A stretch of DNA of 64,000 bases from Mobula birostris (Eukaryota): contig NC_092382.1 in NCBI RefSeq assembly GCF_030028105.1, positions 100,208,699-100,272,698 of the forward strand, read 5' to 3'. A program made the position numbers and the translations under genes. Positions 23,146-36,817 of this stretch are shown here, piece by piece. The number at the start of each line of letters is the position of its first letter. Within the stretch, counting starts at the first letter, position 1. Under the pieces are notes generated by a model, which saw nothing but the letters and a program-made list of their open reading frames with translations, had not been told where the DNA came from and did no database searches.

Positions 23146-24115
23146 AAGACTCCAGGCGCAGAAGTAGACGGCCGACTGGTTCACCCGCTGGAGGGTGGAC
23201 TTCAGATGGAACTGATTGCCGCTCACTCTCTGCGAGGTGAACCCGTTCACCGAGACCTTCGGGTCGACGTGCTTGCTGTTCAGGGAGTAAAACAGGATAT
23301 GGAGCTCCCTGCCGGCCTGCTGTCTGTACCAGTACATCCTGTCGTCGCTGCTGTCCACGGTGCAACTCAGCTCGATCTCTTCCCCGGGCCGTCCCGACAC
23401 GGCCGCCGGGCTCTGGTCAACGGTCACCGAGCCGACACCTGGAAAGGAAAGGGGCAGGTGCAGACTGTCAGCAAGGAAGGAGAGTCTGGAAAACGGTGAA
23501 AGATAGAATGCAGATCTACCGAAAGAAGCAGAGGGGGGCGAGTGAACGGGAAGGGAAGAGAGGGGGAGGAGAGAGTTAGAGAGGCAGAGAGAGCGTCAGT
23601 GTGAGAGAGAGTGTAGCAGAGCGGGTAGTGAGACTCTAAAGACCACAAACAGGGAGAGGAATGGGAAAATGTAACATGGAGAGATACAGGAGAGAGCAGA
23701 TGTGTACGGATGGAGGTTAAAAGAGAGGGGGACAGACAGAGAGAATCGAAGGGAATATTGAGAAAGTAGATAAAGGTAGAATAACAAGATGCCAAAAAAT
23801 AGGGCTGGACGAGTTAACAAGAGAGAAAAGAGAGGAAGAGACCGGAGGGTATACAAAAGAGCGTTTGATGGAGAGAATAGAGAGAGTTAGATAGAGTGTG
23901 TAGGAGAGAGGACGGATGGACGGAGCGAGTAAAGATGCAATCGAGATCACGCTAGCCGTACTGCGGACGGAGAGAAGACATGAATCGAATTCGTGATCTG
24001 AAAATAATAGCGATCAAGAAAACCCCGCAAAAGCGAAAAAGAGGAAGAACAGAAACGCGGTTGTAAATATTAATTTACATTCAAACCCGAGCACGACTGA
24101 CAGTAACAGTAACAT
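23146..24115 (-). CDS. TRBV: Inverted V gene segment B copy 2 (leader 24115-24079, V exon 23438-23146)
   Basis: Translation identical to B-1, offset 11719 nt. Confidence 0.9.
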
Positions 24116-24205
24116 CGCTTTTTGGGGTCAGAAGCGGGACCAGAGGAGGACTGACTGAACGGTCCGTTTTACATGTGCGCTTGCGGATGCAGCTGGCTGG
24201 ACGCG

Positions 24206-24308
24206 CACGTGACCACAATCAACCAATCAGTAGCGATATGCAAATCCTTGAGCGTTTCGTCATCCCTGTCAGATATTATTTGTGGAGAATAACTTTAGTT
24301 ATGCAAAT
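24206..24308 (-). promoter_or_regulatory. Octamer promoter of B-2
   Basis: ATGCAAAT at 24238-24245 and 24301-24308. Confidence 0.7.
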
Positions 24309-24309
24309 C

Positions 24310-24349
<40 letters not shown>

Positions 24350-26064
24350 GCTCTCTCTCTCTCTCCTCCCCACCCACCACACTCAGATTTTCATTTTCCT
24401 TTTTCCCAATCTATCTACTTATCTGTCTATCTGTCTGTCTGCCTGTCTATCTATCTACTTGAAATCTCTCAGCTTTTTGAGACTTTCCGGAGACCGAAAA
24501 CCACCAGTTCCTTTGACCTTCCTAACTTCCTGAACGATATACGACGAACCGAGTTTGGCTGTCAACATCCGATTCGGTAAAAAGTAATTTGTGGTTTTCT
24601 GCAATGCAAAATTCTCTCTCCCTTTCTCTCTGTCTCTCTCAAGCTCTCCCTCTCATTCATCCACTCATCCTCTGTCAGTTTATCTGCCGACCCTCGAGCA
24701 CCCACACGCAGCTCCTCTCTATCTGTTTCCTCTGCACACCTGGTTTCTGCCTTTCTGACTTCCATCTTTATCTCTTCCTTTCTCTCTACCCTCACTCTCC
24801 TTTCAATCATCCTCTATTGAACTCCGTCCTCACTTTCCTCCCTCACCTGCTCCTCACTTCTCTCCGTGCATCCGAGGCCACGACCTGTCTGATCTGTCAG
24901 GGTCACAGTGAAACCGAGCGGTGCGGCGAGAGAAACGGAAAGATCAGGCGCAGGGCCGTGGCGCTACCGATGACGTCACAGTCCCGCGTCCCGATCTCTG
25001 CCGTTCCACTTGCCGCCGGTGCCTCATATCCGGCCTTCTAATGTTTTATACCCCACAGTCGGCGATGGTGCCAGAGCTCAGGGGGCCCTCAGCAGATCAT
25101 TCAATTTGCGGAGAGTGGGTATGATTTGCCAGTGAAGACAGAGGCTCTTCAACTATAACGGTTCAGAGTTGACCTTTGCACTCTCTATCCCCTCCCACCC
25201 CGCCCCTTGGCCCTCTGTCTTTATCTCTATATAGTTATTTCTCTGTATTTGTTTGTAGCTACGGCTGTGTCGCTGAGTCTGTGTCAGTTTCCGAGATGAG
25301 CAAACAGACAGGCGGCGGAGCAGAATGAGAAACACACAGATTTTCTCGATAAGTACCCGAGCCCTCTGTGTACGAGAGTTAGAGACATAAGGAGAAGGGC
25401 GGGGAGGGTCAATGAAAAGACACCTCTCGGCGTCCAAATGTGCAGCGCACGCCAGAGAATGTTGGGTGCATCGATGGACAGTGGGACTGGGGGGTATGAG
25501 AAAAGGACACATATTATGACGGGCCGTGCTGAGGGAGCAGAGGGACCTTGGTGTACAAGCGTAAGACACACACCGTGAACGGTGTGAAGTGTCGAGAGAC
25601 AGAGGAACCACGGTGTAGAAGGACCATGGACACACCATAAATGGTGGGGAGAGTCAGGTGACAGAGGGTCCTCTGGTTGTAAAGTTAGGACTCGCGCTAT
25701 GAAGGTTGGAAAGTGTCCAGACACAGTGCGGGGGGGTGGTGGCGGGGGCTCAGTGAACAAGAAGAGCAGACATGTTAGTATTGGAGAGAGGGGGTATATC
25801 GAGGCGCAGATCTATGTCAGTTTATAATGGTAGGAGAAATTATATGAATGCTGGGGAATATTATCGCTCGGAGGGATGTCGATTTACAACTCTATGGCTA
25901 CAGAGGAACAGTAGTTCTCGCATACGCTGTCTTCTTCCTCCACTCCCCCTTCATATTTGTCCCTGTTCCTCACACCGTTCCTTTTCACCAGCAGATCATT
26001 CCTCCTCCAGCACACAAATTATAACGAAGATGCTGTGACCCGCCAGTCGACAGCTGATTTCGGT

Positions 26065-26078
26065 GCGCCATCTGCAGG
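26065..26078 (-). promoter_or_regulatory. Candidate CTCF site upstream of A1-3
   Basis: Minus strand CCTGCAGATGGCGC. Confidence 0.6.
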
Positions 26079-26899
26079 TCAGTTGATGAATGACGGCTCT
26101 CAGGGGTATCCGCGGAGATCAGCGCCCTGTGGTCGGCCCCAGTATTCAGTCCCACCTTCTTTCTTCGTGCGCACCGCTACTCTTCATGGTCGGTCAGATT
26201 CCGACATGAGAGTCTCAGAGACGAACAGATGGAGGGATGCAGTGAGAAAAAGGTGAATAAGCAGTCGGGGAGTGTGTGTATGTCAAGGAAGCGGCGGGCA
26301 TGAGGAACAGCAAGAAGAAACAGGGCAGAAAGATAGTTTTTTCGGTCGCCATTCAGTCCGATCTGAGACAGGTAATTAGGGACATGTCACACCAAAGTGG
26401 ACAGATAGACAGTCAGTCAAACAGACCATCAGACGGAGAGTTGTTCTGACAGACAGATAGTTGGATCGATTAAAGGATGGACGGAAAGGCAGACGGGCCA
26501 ACATAGAGATAGACAAGCAGACAAAAGCGCCTTGTCACATATATGGGGAGGAATGTCCAGTAGGGGAGGGAGTACATCAATTTGCAAGTGTAAAAGGCAA
26601 TCAAGGAGTGGCAGGACTGATATATCAGAGAGCCCGCGTTCAAGGAAGTGAGGACAAACCCGATTGTAAGAGACAGAGAAAGGAGTTTGGAAGGATATCA
26701 GGGGCGGGGAATCGGCGGTGGAATTAACACACATCACCACTCCGATTGGATCAGAGAGGAAGGAGGCGTGGCCAATCCAAAATGCGCATGAAGCATTATT
26801 TCGCAGAGACTCGTAAGTTCAGAGTGAAATTGAAGGCAGTAGCGTCTTTGCTGCTCGACACCTCTCTTCCATCACTGAGAAAAGAACCGCTCAACGAAC

Positions 26900-27576
26900 A
26901 TGTTGCTGTTGCTGCAACTGATCCTCTCCTTCCAATGTGAGTGAAATGTGCCAAATATTTATCTATTATTCTCGCTTTCTTTTCTCATTTGCCTCACGAT
27001 CTAACCCATCGAAATGGATTGTTCTTCGTTCCATTCCAACTGTGTCCACAATTCAATTTCCCCCAGCCTTGAATCTACCTTATTCCTTCGCTCTCAATTG
27101 CCCGGTATCCATGTTTATTCACCCCGTTCCGCTCTCTTATCAGATGACGTCTCGGTGACGTCCTTCCATCGATCTCTTCTTATCCTTCCATTCAGCTTCG
27201 TCCCCACCCCAACGTCGCAATTACGACATGAACCGCGTTTATTCACACTCTTCCCCTTTCCGTCTCTTTTCCAGATGCCAACGCGGTGACGATCCACCAG
27301 ATCCCGGCATTTTCCGGACGTCCCGGAGAGGCCGTGGTGCTGGAATGCACGATAGAGGGTAGCAGCAGCGGCAGTGATGATACTCTCCTCTGGTACAGAC
27401 AATACCGGGGAAACGGACCGCAGGCCCTTTTCACCTCCAGCATGGCCAAATACGTGCAACCGCCGGACGGAGTGGACGGCTTCACTGCAGAGAGACCGAA
27501 GAGCAACAAGTTCTATCTGAAGTCCTCTGGCCTCCAGGCGAATTCGTCGGCCGTGTATTTCTGCGCCTGGAAATAT
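26900..27576 (+). CDS. TRBV: V gene segment A1 copy 3 (leader 26900-26936, V exon 27275-27576)
   Basis: Leader MLLLLQLILSFQ; V translation identical to A1-1 and A1-2. Confidence 0.9.
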
Positions 27577-27615
27577 CACGGCGCCTCAGAGAGACGGAGA
27601 CGCCGAACAAAAACC
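27577..27615 (+). other. 23-RSS of A1-3
   Basis: CACGGCG + 23 nt + ACAAAAACC. Confidence 0.93.
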
Positions 27616-30600
27616 TCACAGTGTGAGTGGGTTTGGCTGTCGTCAGCTGCGGAGGGTATACGTCACAGGTCGACACCTGACTACTGACGTCACCGCGCTT
27701 GGCGCCACGTAGCCAATGGGAAAATAATATTGAGACAAAGCATCGAGGTAATGTCCGGAGTCGGAATGGGGCACCGAGTGCCACGAAATTGCAGCTGTTA
27801 ATTCCATCCTCTCGCCGTAGATTTACATTTCCCTGTCACTTCAGAGTCACAGACAGCCGAATAAACCACTATAACAAGATATTCACACTTTGTCCTCCCC
27901 CAATCCTAAAACAGCGTCCCATTCAGTGTCACACAGAGATGGAATTAGCAACAGAAGCCTATCGAACACAGGAACTTGCCCAGTCCGACTTGCGGGCCGA
28001 GAGGAGAATTTGTACCTGAGCCTGTTTACTGGAGAGATCACCGATATCTCTGAGCCCTCGAGTCGGCAGTCTGCGAAACCCATTTGCTCCGAATAGGTTT
28101 TAATTTTACGGGCACCCGAGAAGAACTGATAACCTGCCTCGATGACTGTCGTCCAGCAGGTCGCACGTCCATCGGGATGAAGCGCTTTGAGGGGTTGGTG
28201 ATGAAATACATGAACGATTTATCTCCACTCCAGCTTGTCTGCCCTTGGACCAGGTCTACAGCTGACGTCATTTTATTGGCTCCTCCCTCAACTCTGGAAC
28301 ATCTGGACAGGGCAGATGCTCACGTCAAGATGCGCTTCTCTCGCTAGAGCTCTCTATTCAATACCATCATCCCCTCAAAAATAAGCAACAAGCCTCATTC
28401 CCTTAGCCTCAAGAGCTGATTGCGCAATTGAATGATTGAATTACTCACTCGTAGACACCAGTCAGTTCCGATTCGCCACGTTTACTCCAGAATCACCATC
28501 AGCAGAGCCGCAGCAACACGCAGTTTGTCTGGAAGCCTGTCTTCCCTCTTTGCTTTTTATATAATGACAGTGAAACTCCAGTGCAATTCCAATGCCGTAT
28601 TTAAATCGGCTGATGACACCGCTGACGTTGGCCGTATCGCAGGTTGGCCCGAATCAGCGTACAGGACGGCGATTGGACACCGTCTGAATGGTCCCAGCAC
28701 AACAACATCTCACCCAATGTAATCATAATCAGAGAGGTGATTATTGACTACAGGGCTGTGGAAAGTGGAGTTCCATGAGCCAGAGATCATCAGGAGATCA
28801 GTGGTGGAGAGGACCTGCAGATAGTAAATCGCTCAGTATTATCATCTGTGCAGATCTGTCCTGCGTCCAGATATACAGTTCTCTGAATTGTACCAATGAA
28901 GCTTTATTGTTCTGTCTGTTACTGACCAGTCCCTCATATTTCACTTCTGTTTCTTTCTCGATGGTTTACCAGACTGCATGGACCCAGGCTGTTGCAGACG
29001 AAGCATTTGTTACACTGGACAGCTCTGCGAAGGATTACCTGACCCACTTGATCTGATTCAGCAAAGTCAATTGCCCTTCCTGTTCCATCCTCCAAGACTC
29101 TTCTACGAGAGAATCCGGTTTCTGCTTGGCAAAGGCAGTGATGGTCTGTCTGACAGCAAGTAATTGAAGCTTTTACATTCTCTAGAGTATCTATTTATCA
29201 ATATTTCTGACGTATTAATGATATGTATAAGTACAAAGTTATCACTGTTTAATATAATTACAGGAATCATCCGACTTTTCTGCAGTTAAGTCAATCCCAC
29301 AATTTTCTTTCCATTAGGCTCCCCCTGTATCCTCTATTCTACTAGTCTTCTTGTTTTCCTCTGTAAAACATTAGCTTACAGAGTTATTTCCATAAATCAT
29401 TTTATTTGTTCTAACCTGCCATTAGAAAAAATACTCTGTTGGCCTTTCAGCTGCTGATCACCTCTCCCATGGTTGCCTCCTCGTCCTCTTTGTCTTATGG
29501 TCGGCTCTCCTCTCCTATCTTCCTCTCCAGCCCCATATCCTCTTATCCACCCGGCTTCACCCATCACCCTCTTGCTATCCTCCTTCTACTTCCCCCCTCC
29601 CCCATCTTTTTATTCTGGCATCATCCAACTTCCCCTCCAGACCTGAAGAAGTGTTCGGCCCGGATGGTCGACAGTACGTGCCAGGATGCGGGCAGCCTCA
29701 GGCTGGAGGAGCAATAACTTTTATTTCGGCCGTGTAGCCTGCAACCAGAACGCATGAATATCGATTACTCCTTCCACCCAACCTGCTCTGACCTCCACTC
29801 TGACCTTTCACCTCTTCTCACCTTCCTTTCACTGCTCTCGAAATGCCTTCCTCCTACCCTGTCCACTATGGTCCACTCTGCTCTCCTATCAAATGCAATC
29901 ACGCCAGACCTTCGTCTTTCATATACACCTGGCTTAACCCTCTGCCCAACTTTTATCCCGGTCCGAAATATGGACTGTTCATTCATTTCCGCAGAAGATG
30001 TCTGACCTCCAGCGTTTTATGTGTGTTGTCTAAAAATAGATATCTGCGCACACGGGCAGATGGGTAGAAAGTCAGACGGACTGGACTGACTGACAGAGGG
30101 AGTGGTCGCTGAGTCGGACAAGGCGAAGCCATCTACTAAACCGCAGGTCTTTGGCATTTGGGAGGAAACCGGAGCACCGCAGGGAAAGCTGCACCGTGAC
30201 GGGAAAATCCCACAAACTCAGCACGAACAGCGTAGGAAATAGAACCCGCGTCGCTGGTGCTGTCAGCGTTAGGCTACGTTGGCGCCCTAATTTCTCCTCT
30301 CTTCCTTCTTTCTGTCCCCTGCACTGCAAGTCTACCCCCATGTATCTCATTCCTCTCCCTATCTGCACTCACTCCTCCTGACTTGCTCTCGTCCCTCTAT
30401 CTCTCTTCACACTCTTCCCCGAAGTCTTATTCATTCTCCCTCCAGTTCTTCTCTCAGCTCTCTCACATCTCTACACGTCTACGCCTCTTCATCATTCCCC
30501 CTTTCCTCAATACCTTCTGTCTCTCACTGTTCTGTCCATTGCGACTCTCTGATTCTTATTCCCCAAATCGTCTACGCTCAGTCTCGGTTTCTCTCCTTTT

Positions 30601-30941
30601 TCTCGCCCTCTCTGCCGAATCTTTTAATGTCGTCCCGAAAAATGGACTCTTCATTCATTTCTATAGCTGCTGACTGGCCTGCTGATTTCTCCAGGAGTGT
30701 GTGGAAAGAGAGGGGGTGGAGAGAGGGAAACAGGGAGGAAGAGATAGAGATTGGTGAGAGAGAGAGGGCGAGAGAGGGGGGAGAGAGAGTGAGATGGAGA
30801 GAGAGAGAAAGAGAAGGGAGAGAAGGAAACGGGGGAGGGGGGAGATAGAGAGAATGCCATGTTATAAGGAAGGAAAGGGGAGGAGGAAGGCGAGGAAAGC
30901 CTGTCGGGGTTGGGGGGGGGGGCATAGAGAGAGAGAGAGAA

Positions 30942-31002
<61 letters not shown>

Positions 31003-31392
31003 CGGAGAGGCAGATGGAGAATGGAGAGCGTGAGAGGTAGAACGGGGGTTCGAAGGCACAGCAGTTTCTCACGATGTTACTGGGGGGCTCCGATAACGAG
31101 TCTTATTACATGCATGAGAATACATCACGGAGAGGAGATAGAAGTACAGAAATCTACCAGGATAGAGGAGCGACTGCAACGAGCTTGGGGGAGGGGGGTG
31201 GTGGGGGAGGTGCGGGGATTCGGCGGTGCGATTGATACAGGTCTGCTTTCCGATTGGGCAGAGTGGATGTGGGCGTGGCCTATCCTAACTGCCTCTCTCA
31301 CAGAGATACGTAAGGAGCGAAATGAAAGGCAAAAAATTCACCGCTGCAATTCTCACCTCTGCCATTACTGAGAGAAGAAACGCCCCACCAAC

Positions 31393-31429
31393 ATGTTGCT
31401 GTTCCTGCAACTGATCCTCTCCATTCAGC
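31393..31429 (+). pseudogene. Orphan V leader exon, copy 3
   Basis: Same sequence as 7937-7973. Confidence 0.8.
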
Positions 31430-31833
31430 GTGAGTGAAACTTGCAAATATTTATTTTAGTTTTCTCTCTTTCGTCGCCCATTTCCCTGAGTGATCTAACC
31501 CGTGTATACTAACTAGTGTCATTCTTACTCCAACTTAGACCGCAATTCCTATTCAACACTATTCATTCTCCTTCTTTATCTCTCTCCGTTAGAAGTCCCC
31601 ACTCTTCAATCGCTCTCATTGTCTCATTCTCCTCCACTGCCCCAGGTCCAAGTTGATTCACCCTACCGCACTTTTCCGATGCCTTCTGTTCACCTTCCTT
31701 CCTCCCTTCCCCAAACGGCCTGTCGTCGTTTGAAGGGGAAACGCGTCGCCCGGCGACAGCCGATCATTCCACCCTCAGCACACAAATCGGAAACGACGAT
31801 GCCGTGACCCGCCAGTCGACAGCTGGTTTCGCT

Positions 31834-31847
31834 GCGCCATCTGCAGG
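31834..31847 (-). promoter_or_regulatory. Candidate CTCF site upstream of A2-3
   Basis: Minus strand CCTGCAGATGGCGC. Confidence 0.6.
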
Positions 31848-32533
31848 TCAACTGTGGAATGACGGATCTCAGGGGTATCCGCAGAGATCAGGGCGCTGTG
31901 GTCGGCCCCAGTATTCAGTCCCATCTCCTTTCTTCATGCGCACCGCTACTCTTCATGGTCAGTCAGTTACCGAGATCAGAGTCTCAGAGACAAACAGATG
32001 GACGGATGCAGAGAGAAAGAGGTGAATAAACAGTCGGGGACAGTGTGTATGTCAAGGAAGCGGCGGGCATAAGGAACAGCAAGAAGGAACAGGGCAGGAA
32101 GCGAGTTTTCTTCGGTCGCCATTCAGTCTGATTTGAGACGGGTAATTAGGGACATCTCAGACGACATTGGGCAGATAGACAGTCAGTCAAACAGACAATT
32201 AGACGGACAGTTATTCTGCAAGACAGAAGATAGATCGATCGATTAACGGACGGACGGAGTGGCACACAGGCCAGCAAAGAGACAGACAGACACACAGACA
32301 AAAGCGGTATGTCACATATGTGGGGAGGGATGTCCAGCAGGAGAGGTAGTGCATCAATTTACACACATCACCACTCCGATTGGATCAGAGAGGAAGGAGG
32401 CGTGGCCAATCCAAAATGCGCATGAAACATTATTTCACAGAGACTCGTAAGTTCAGAGTGAAATTGAAGTCAGTAGCGTCATTGCTGCTGGACACATCTC
32501 TTCCATCACTGAGAAAAGAACCGCCCAAAAAAC

Positions 32534-33209
32534 ATGCTTCTGTTGCTGCAACTGATCCTCTCTTTCCACTGTGAGTGAAATGTGCCAAATGTTTATCTAT
32601 TATTCTCGCTTTCTTTTCTCATTTGCCTCACGATCTAACCCATCGAAATGGATTGTTCTTCGTTCCATTCCAACTGTGTCCACAATTCAATTTCCCCCAG
32701 CCTTGAATCTACCTTTTCACTTCATTCTCAGTTGCCCCCGGTATCCATGTCTATTCACCCCGTTCCGCTCTTTTATCAGATGACGTCTCGGTGACGTCCT
32801 TCCATCTATCTCTTCTTATCCTTCCATTCAACTTCGTCCCCACCCCAACGTCGCAATTACTCCATGAACCGCGTTTATTCACACTCTTCCCCTTCCCGTC
32901 TCTTTTCCAGATGCCAACGCGGTGACGATCCACCAGACCGCGGCATTTTCCGGCCGTCCCGGCGAGGCCCTGGTGCTGGAATGCACGATAGAGGGTGGCA
33001 GCAGCGGCGGTGATTATCTCTTCTGGTACAAACAATACCGGGGAAACGGACCCCAGGCCATTTTCTCCTCCAGCATAGCCGACTCCGTGCAGTCCGTGGC
33101 CCCAGTGGTCGGCTTCACGGCGGAGAGACCGAGTAGCAGCAAGTTCTATCTGAAGTCCTCCGGCCTCCAGGCAAATTCGTCGGCCGTGTATTTCTGCGCC
33201 TGGAGATAT
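32534..33209 (+). CDS. TRBV: V gene segment A2 copy 3 (leader 32534-32570, V exon 32911-33209)
   Basis: Leader MLLLLQLILSFH; open V with a few substitutions (CDR1 GGSSGGDYLF, WYKQ). Confidence 0.9.
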
Positions 33210-33248
33210 CACGGCGACTCAGAGAGACGGAGAAGTCGAACAAAAACC
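33210..33248 (+). other. 23-RSS of A2-3
   Basis: CACGGCG + 23 nt + ACAAAAACC. Confidence 0.93.
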
Positions 33249-35978
33249 TTACAGCGTTTGTGGGGTTGGCTGTCGTCAGCAGCGGAGGGTATGCGTCGCC
33301 TGTTGACACCTGGCAACTGACGTCTTCGCGCTTGGCTGCTTGTTCTACTTGCTTTGTGTACTAAAGACATATTATAATTTGCTGATGACACCAGTGACGT
33401 TGGCCCAATCAGAGGTGGTACTAAATGAGCATTTTGATGGACATTGGAAATCCGTCTGAATGGTGCACCAACACAAACACCTCACTCAATGTCATCAAAG
33501 CCAATGAGGAGATGATTGACCGCAGTAGGAGGAAACTGGAGTTTTATGAGCCACAACATATCAGGAGATCAGACGTGGAGAGAGTCTGCAACAGGAAATT
33601 CCTACATATTGTAATTTCAGTTGATCTGTCCTGCCTCCAACACCTGAGTGCCTTTATAGTGAAGACCCTGTCTCGCATCTTACCGTTTCTCAGCTGCCAT
33701 CACCTCATCCTGGGCCTGCCCTCCTCTCCTTTCCGATATGGTCCACTCTCCTCTCCTATCAGATTTATTCCCCTGTATCCCTTTATCATTCGTCCCACCT
33801 GGCTTCACCTATCACCTCTAGCTATCCTCCGAACCCTCCAGACACCTTTTGAATTTTGACGTCTTTCCCCTTTCACTGAAGAGTGGTGTCGGCCGGAGAG
33901 TTGACGGATTACCCATTCCTATAGATGCTGCATAACCTGATCAGTTCCGCCAGTATGTTCTGTGTGCTGCTTAAAAGGGAATATCAGGGCTCACAGGCAG
34001 ATAGTTAGGTGGTTAGGAAGACCGGACTGACTGACAGAGCGACCGATTGCTGAGTGGGACAACCAGAAAGAACAGTGAGTAAGTCAGCGAGAAATGGGTT
34101 AAAACATCTGGGAGTAAGGGAGCGAGGCATCGTAGAGAATGGAGGATGTTCGTTCGGGGAAGTGAGGACAAATCCAACACTGGAAGATGGAAAGCTACCT
34201 TCAGAAAACTACCAGGGCAGAGAAGCGACTTTAACGAGCTTGGAGGGTGGGGGCGGCGTGGTGACGGAACTAGGAGATGTAAGACCCCACCCACACCACA
34301 CGCTCACACATCCTCCCTTTCCCATCGGTCTGAAGACGCAGAAGACTGAAAGCAGCTCCCAGCAGGCGCAGGACAGCCTCAACCCCGACGTTATCAAACT
34401 ATTGATCCATCAGATGGACGCTTGACCTCACAGTGACCCTGGCCCGCCTGCACTGCGCTCCTTCCGTAATTACAATACTTTAGTCTGCATTCCGTTATTG
34501 TTTCAACTTATTCTACCTTGTTTTAGAGAGAGTACGGTTTAATCTCTATGAAACATATGAAAGACAGTTTCTTTTATTTGTGTTGGCAGATGTGAAAACA
34601 GAAACTAATTTAACTGCCAACCGTCGAGCACCCACACGCATCTCTTCTCCATGTCTTTCCTCTGCACACCCGGTTTCCGGCTTTCCGTCATCCATCGTTA
34701 ACTCTTCCTTTCTCTCTCACCCCCTCTCTCCTTTCGAGCTTTCTCTATTGTACCCCGTCCTCACTTTCCTCCCTCACCTGCTCTTCACTTCTCTCCGTGC
34801 AACCGAGGCCACAATCTGTCTGATCTCTCAGGGTCACGGTGAAACCGAGCGGTGCGGCGAGAGAAACGGAAAGATCAGGCGCAGGGAAGTGGCGCTACCG
34901 ATGACGTCACAGTCCCGCGTCCCGATCTCTGCCGACCCACTTGCCGCCGGTGCCTCAAATCCGGCCTTCTAATGTTTTATACCCCACAGTCGGCGATGGT
35001 GCCAGAGCTCAGGGGGCCCTCAGCAGATCATTTAATTTGCGGAGAGTGGGTATGATTTGCCAGTGAAGACAGAGGCTCTTCAACTATAACGGTTCAGAGT
35101 TGACCTTTGCACTCTCTATCCCCTCCCACCCCGCCCCTTGGCCCTCTGTCTTTATCTCTATATAGTTATTTCTCTGTATTTGTTTGTAGCTACGGCTGTG
35201 TCGCTGAGTCTGTGTCAGTTTCCGAGATGAGCAAACAGACAGGCGGCGGAGCAGAATGAGAAACACGCAGATTTTCTCGATAAGCACCCGAGCCCACTGT
35301 GTACGAGAGTTAGAGACATAAGGAGAAGGGCGGGGAGGGTCAATGAAAAGACACCTCTCGGCGTCCAAATGTGCAGCGCACGCCAGAGAATGTTGGGTGC
35401 ATCGATGGACAGTGGGACTGGGGGGTATGAGAAAAGGACACATATTATGACGGGCCGTGCTGAGGGAGCAGAGGGACCTTGGTGTACAAGCGTAAGACAC
35501 ACACCGTGAACGGTGTGAAGTGTCGGGAGACAGAGGAACCACGGTGTAGAAGGACCACGGACACACCATAAATGGTGGGGAGAGTCCTCTGGTTGTAAAG
35601 TTAGGACTCGCGCTATGAAGGTTGGAAAGTGTCCAGACACAGTGGGGGGGGGGTGGCGGGGGCTCAGTGAACAAGAAGAGCAGACATGTTAGTATTGGAG
35701 GGAGGGGGTATATCGAGGCGCAGATCTATGTCAGTTTATAATGGTAGGAGTAATTATATGAATGCTGGGGAATATTATCGCTGGGATGGATGTCGATTTA
35801 CAACTCTATGGCTACAGAGGAACAGTAGTTCTCGCATACGCTGTCTTCTTCCTCCACTCCCCCTTCATATTTGTGCCTGTTCCTCACACCGTTCCTTTTC
35901 ACCAGCAGATCATTCCTCCTCCAGCACACAAATTATAACGAAGATGCTGTGACCCGCCAGTCGACAGCTGGTTTCGGT

Positions 35979-35992
35979 GCGCCATCTGCAGG
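35979..35992 (-). promoter_or_regulatory. Candidate CTCF site upstream of A2-4
   Basis: Minus strand CCTGCAGATGGCGC. Confidence 0.6.
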
Positions 35993-36817
35993 TCAGTTGA
36001 TGAATGACGGCTCTCAGGGGTATCCGCGGAGATCAGCGCCCTGTGGTCGGCCCCAGTATTCAGTCCCACCTTCTTTCTTCGTGCGCACCGCTACTCTTCA
36101 TGGTCGGTCAGATTCCGAGATGAGAGTCTCAGAGACGAACATATGGAGGGATGCAGTGAGAAAAAGGTGAATATGCAGTCGGGGAGAGTGTGTATGTCAA
36201 GGAAGCGGCGGGCATGAGGAACAGCAAGAAGAAACAGGGCAGAAAGATAGTTTTTTCGGTCGCCATTCAGTCCGATCTGAGACAGGTAATTAGGGACATG
36301 TCACACCAAAGTGGACAGATAGACAGTCAGTCAAACAGACCATCAGACGGAGAGTTGTTCTGACAGACAGATAGATGGATCGATTAAAGGATGGACGGAA
36401 AGGCACACAGGCCAACAAAGAGACAGACAGACACACAGACAAAAGCGCTATGTCACATATATGGGGAGGAATGTCCAGTAGGGGAGGGAGTACATCAATT
36501 TGCAAGTGTAAAAGGCAATCAAGGAGTGGCAGGACTGATATATCAGAGAGCCCGCGTTCAAGGAAGTGAGGACAAACCCGATTGTAAGAGACAGAGAGAG
36601 GAGTTTGGAAGGATATCAGGGGCGGGGAATCGGCGGTGGAATTAACACACATCACCACTCCGATTGGATCAGAGAGGAAGGAGGCGTGGCCAATCCAAAA
36701 TGCGCATGAAGCATTATTTCGCAGAGACTCGTAAGTTCAGAGTGAAATTGAAGGCAGTAGCGTCTTTGCTGCTCGACACCTCTCTTCCATCACTGAGAAA
36801 AGAACCGCCCAACGAAC

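Larger units (their letters stand above)
13453..25171 (+). repeat. Tandem duplication unit 2 (~11.72 kb)
   Basis: Near-identical to units 1 and 3. Confidence 0.9.
25172..35104 (+). repeat. Tandem duplication unit 3 (~9.9 kb, lacks the B gene)
   Basis: As unit 2 but with a junction at ~34617 and no B gene. Confidence 0.88.
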
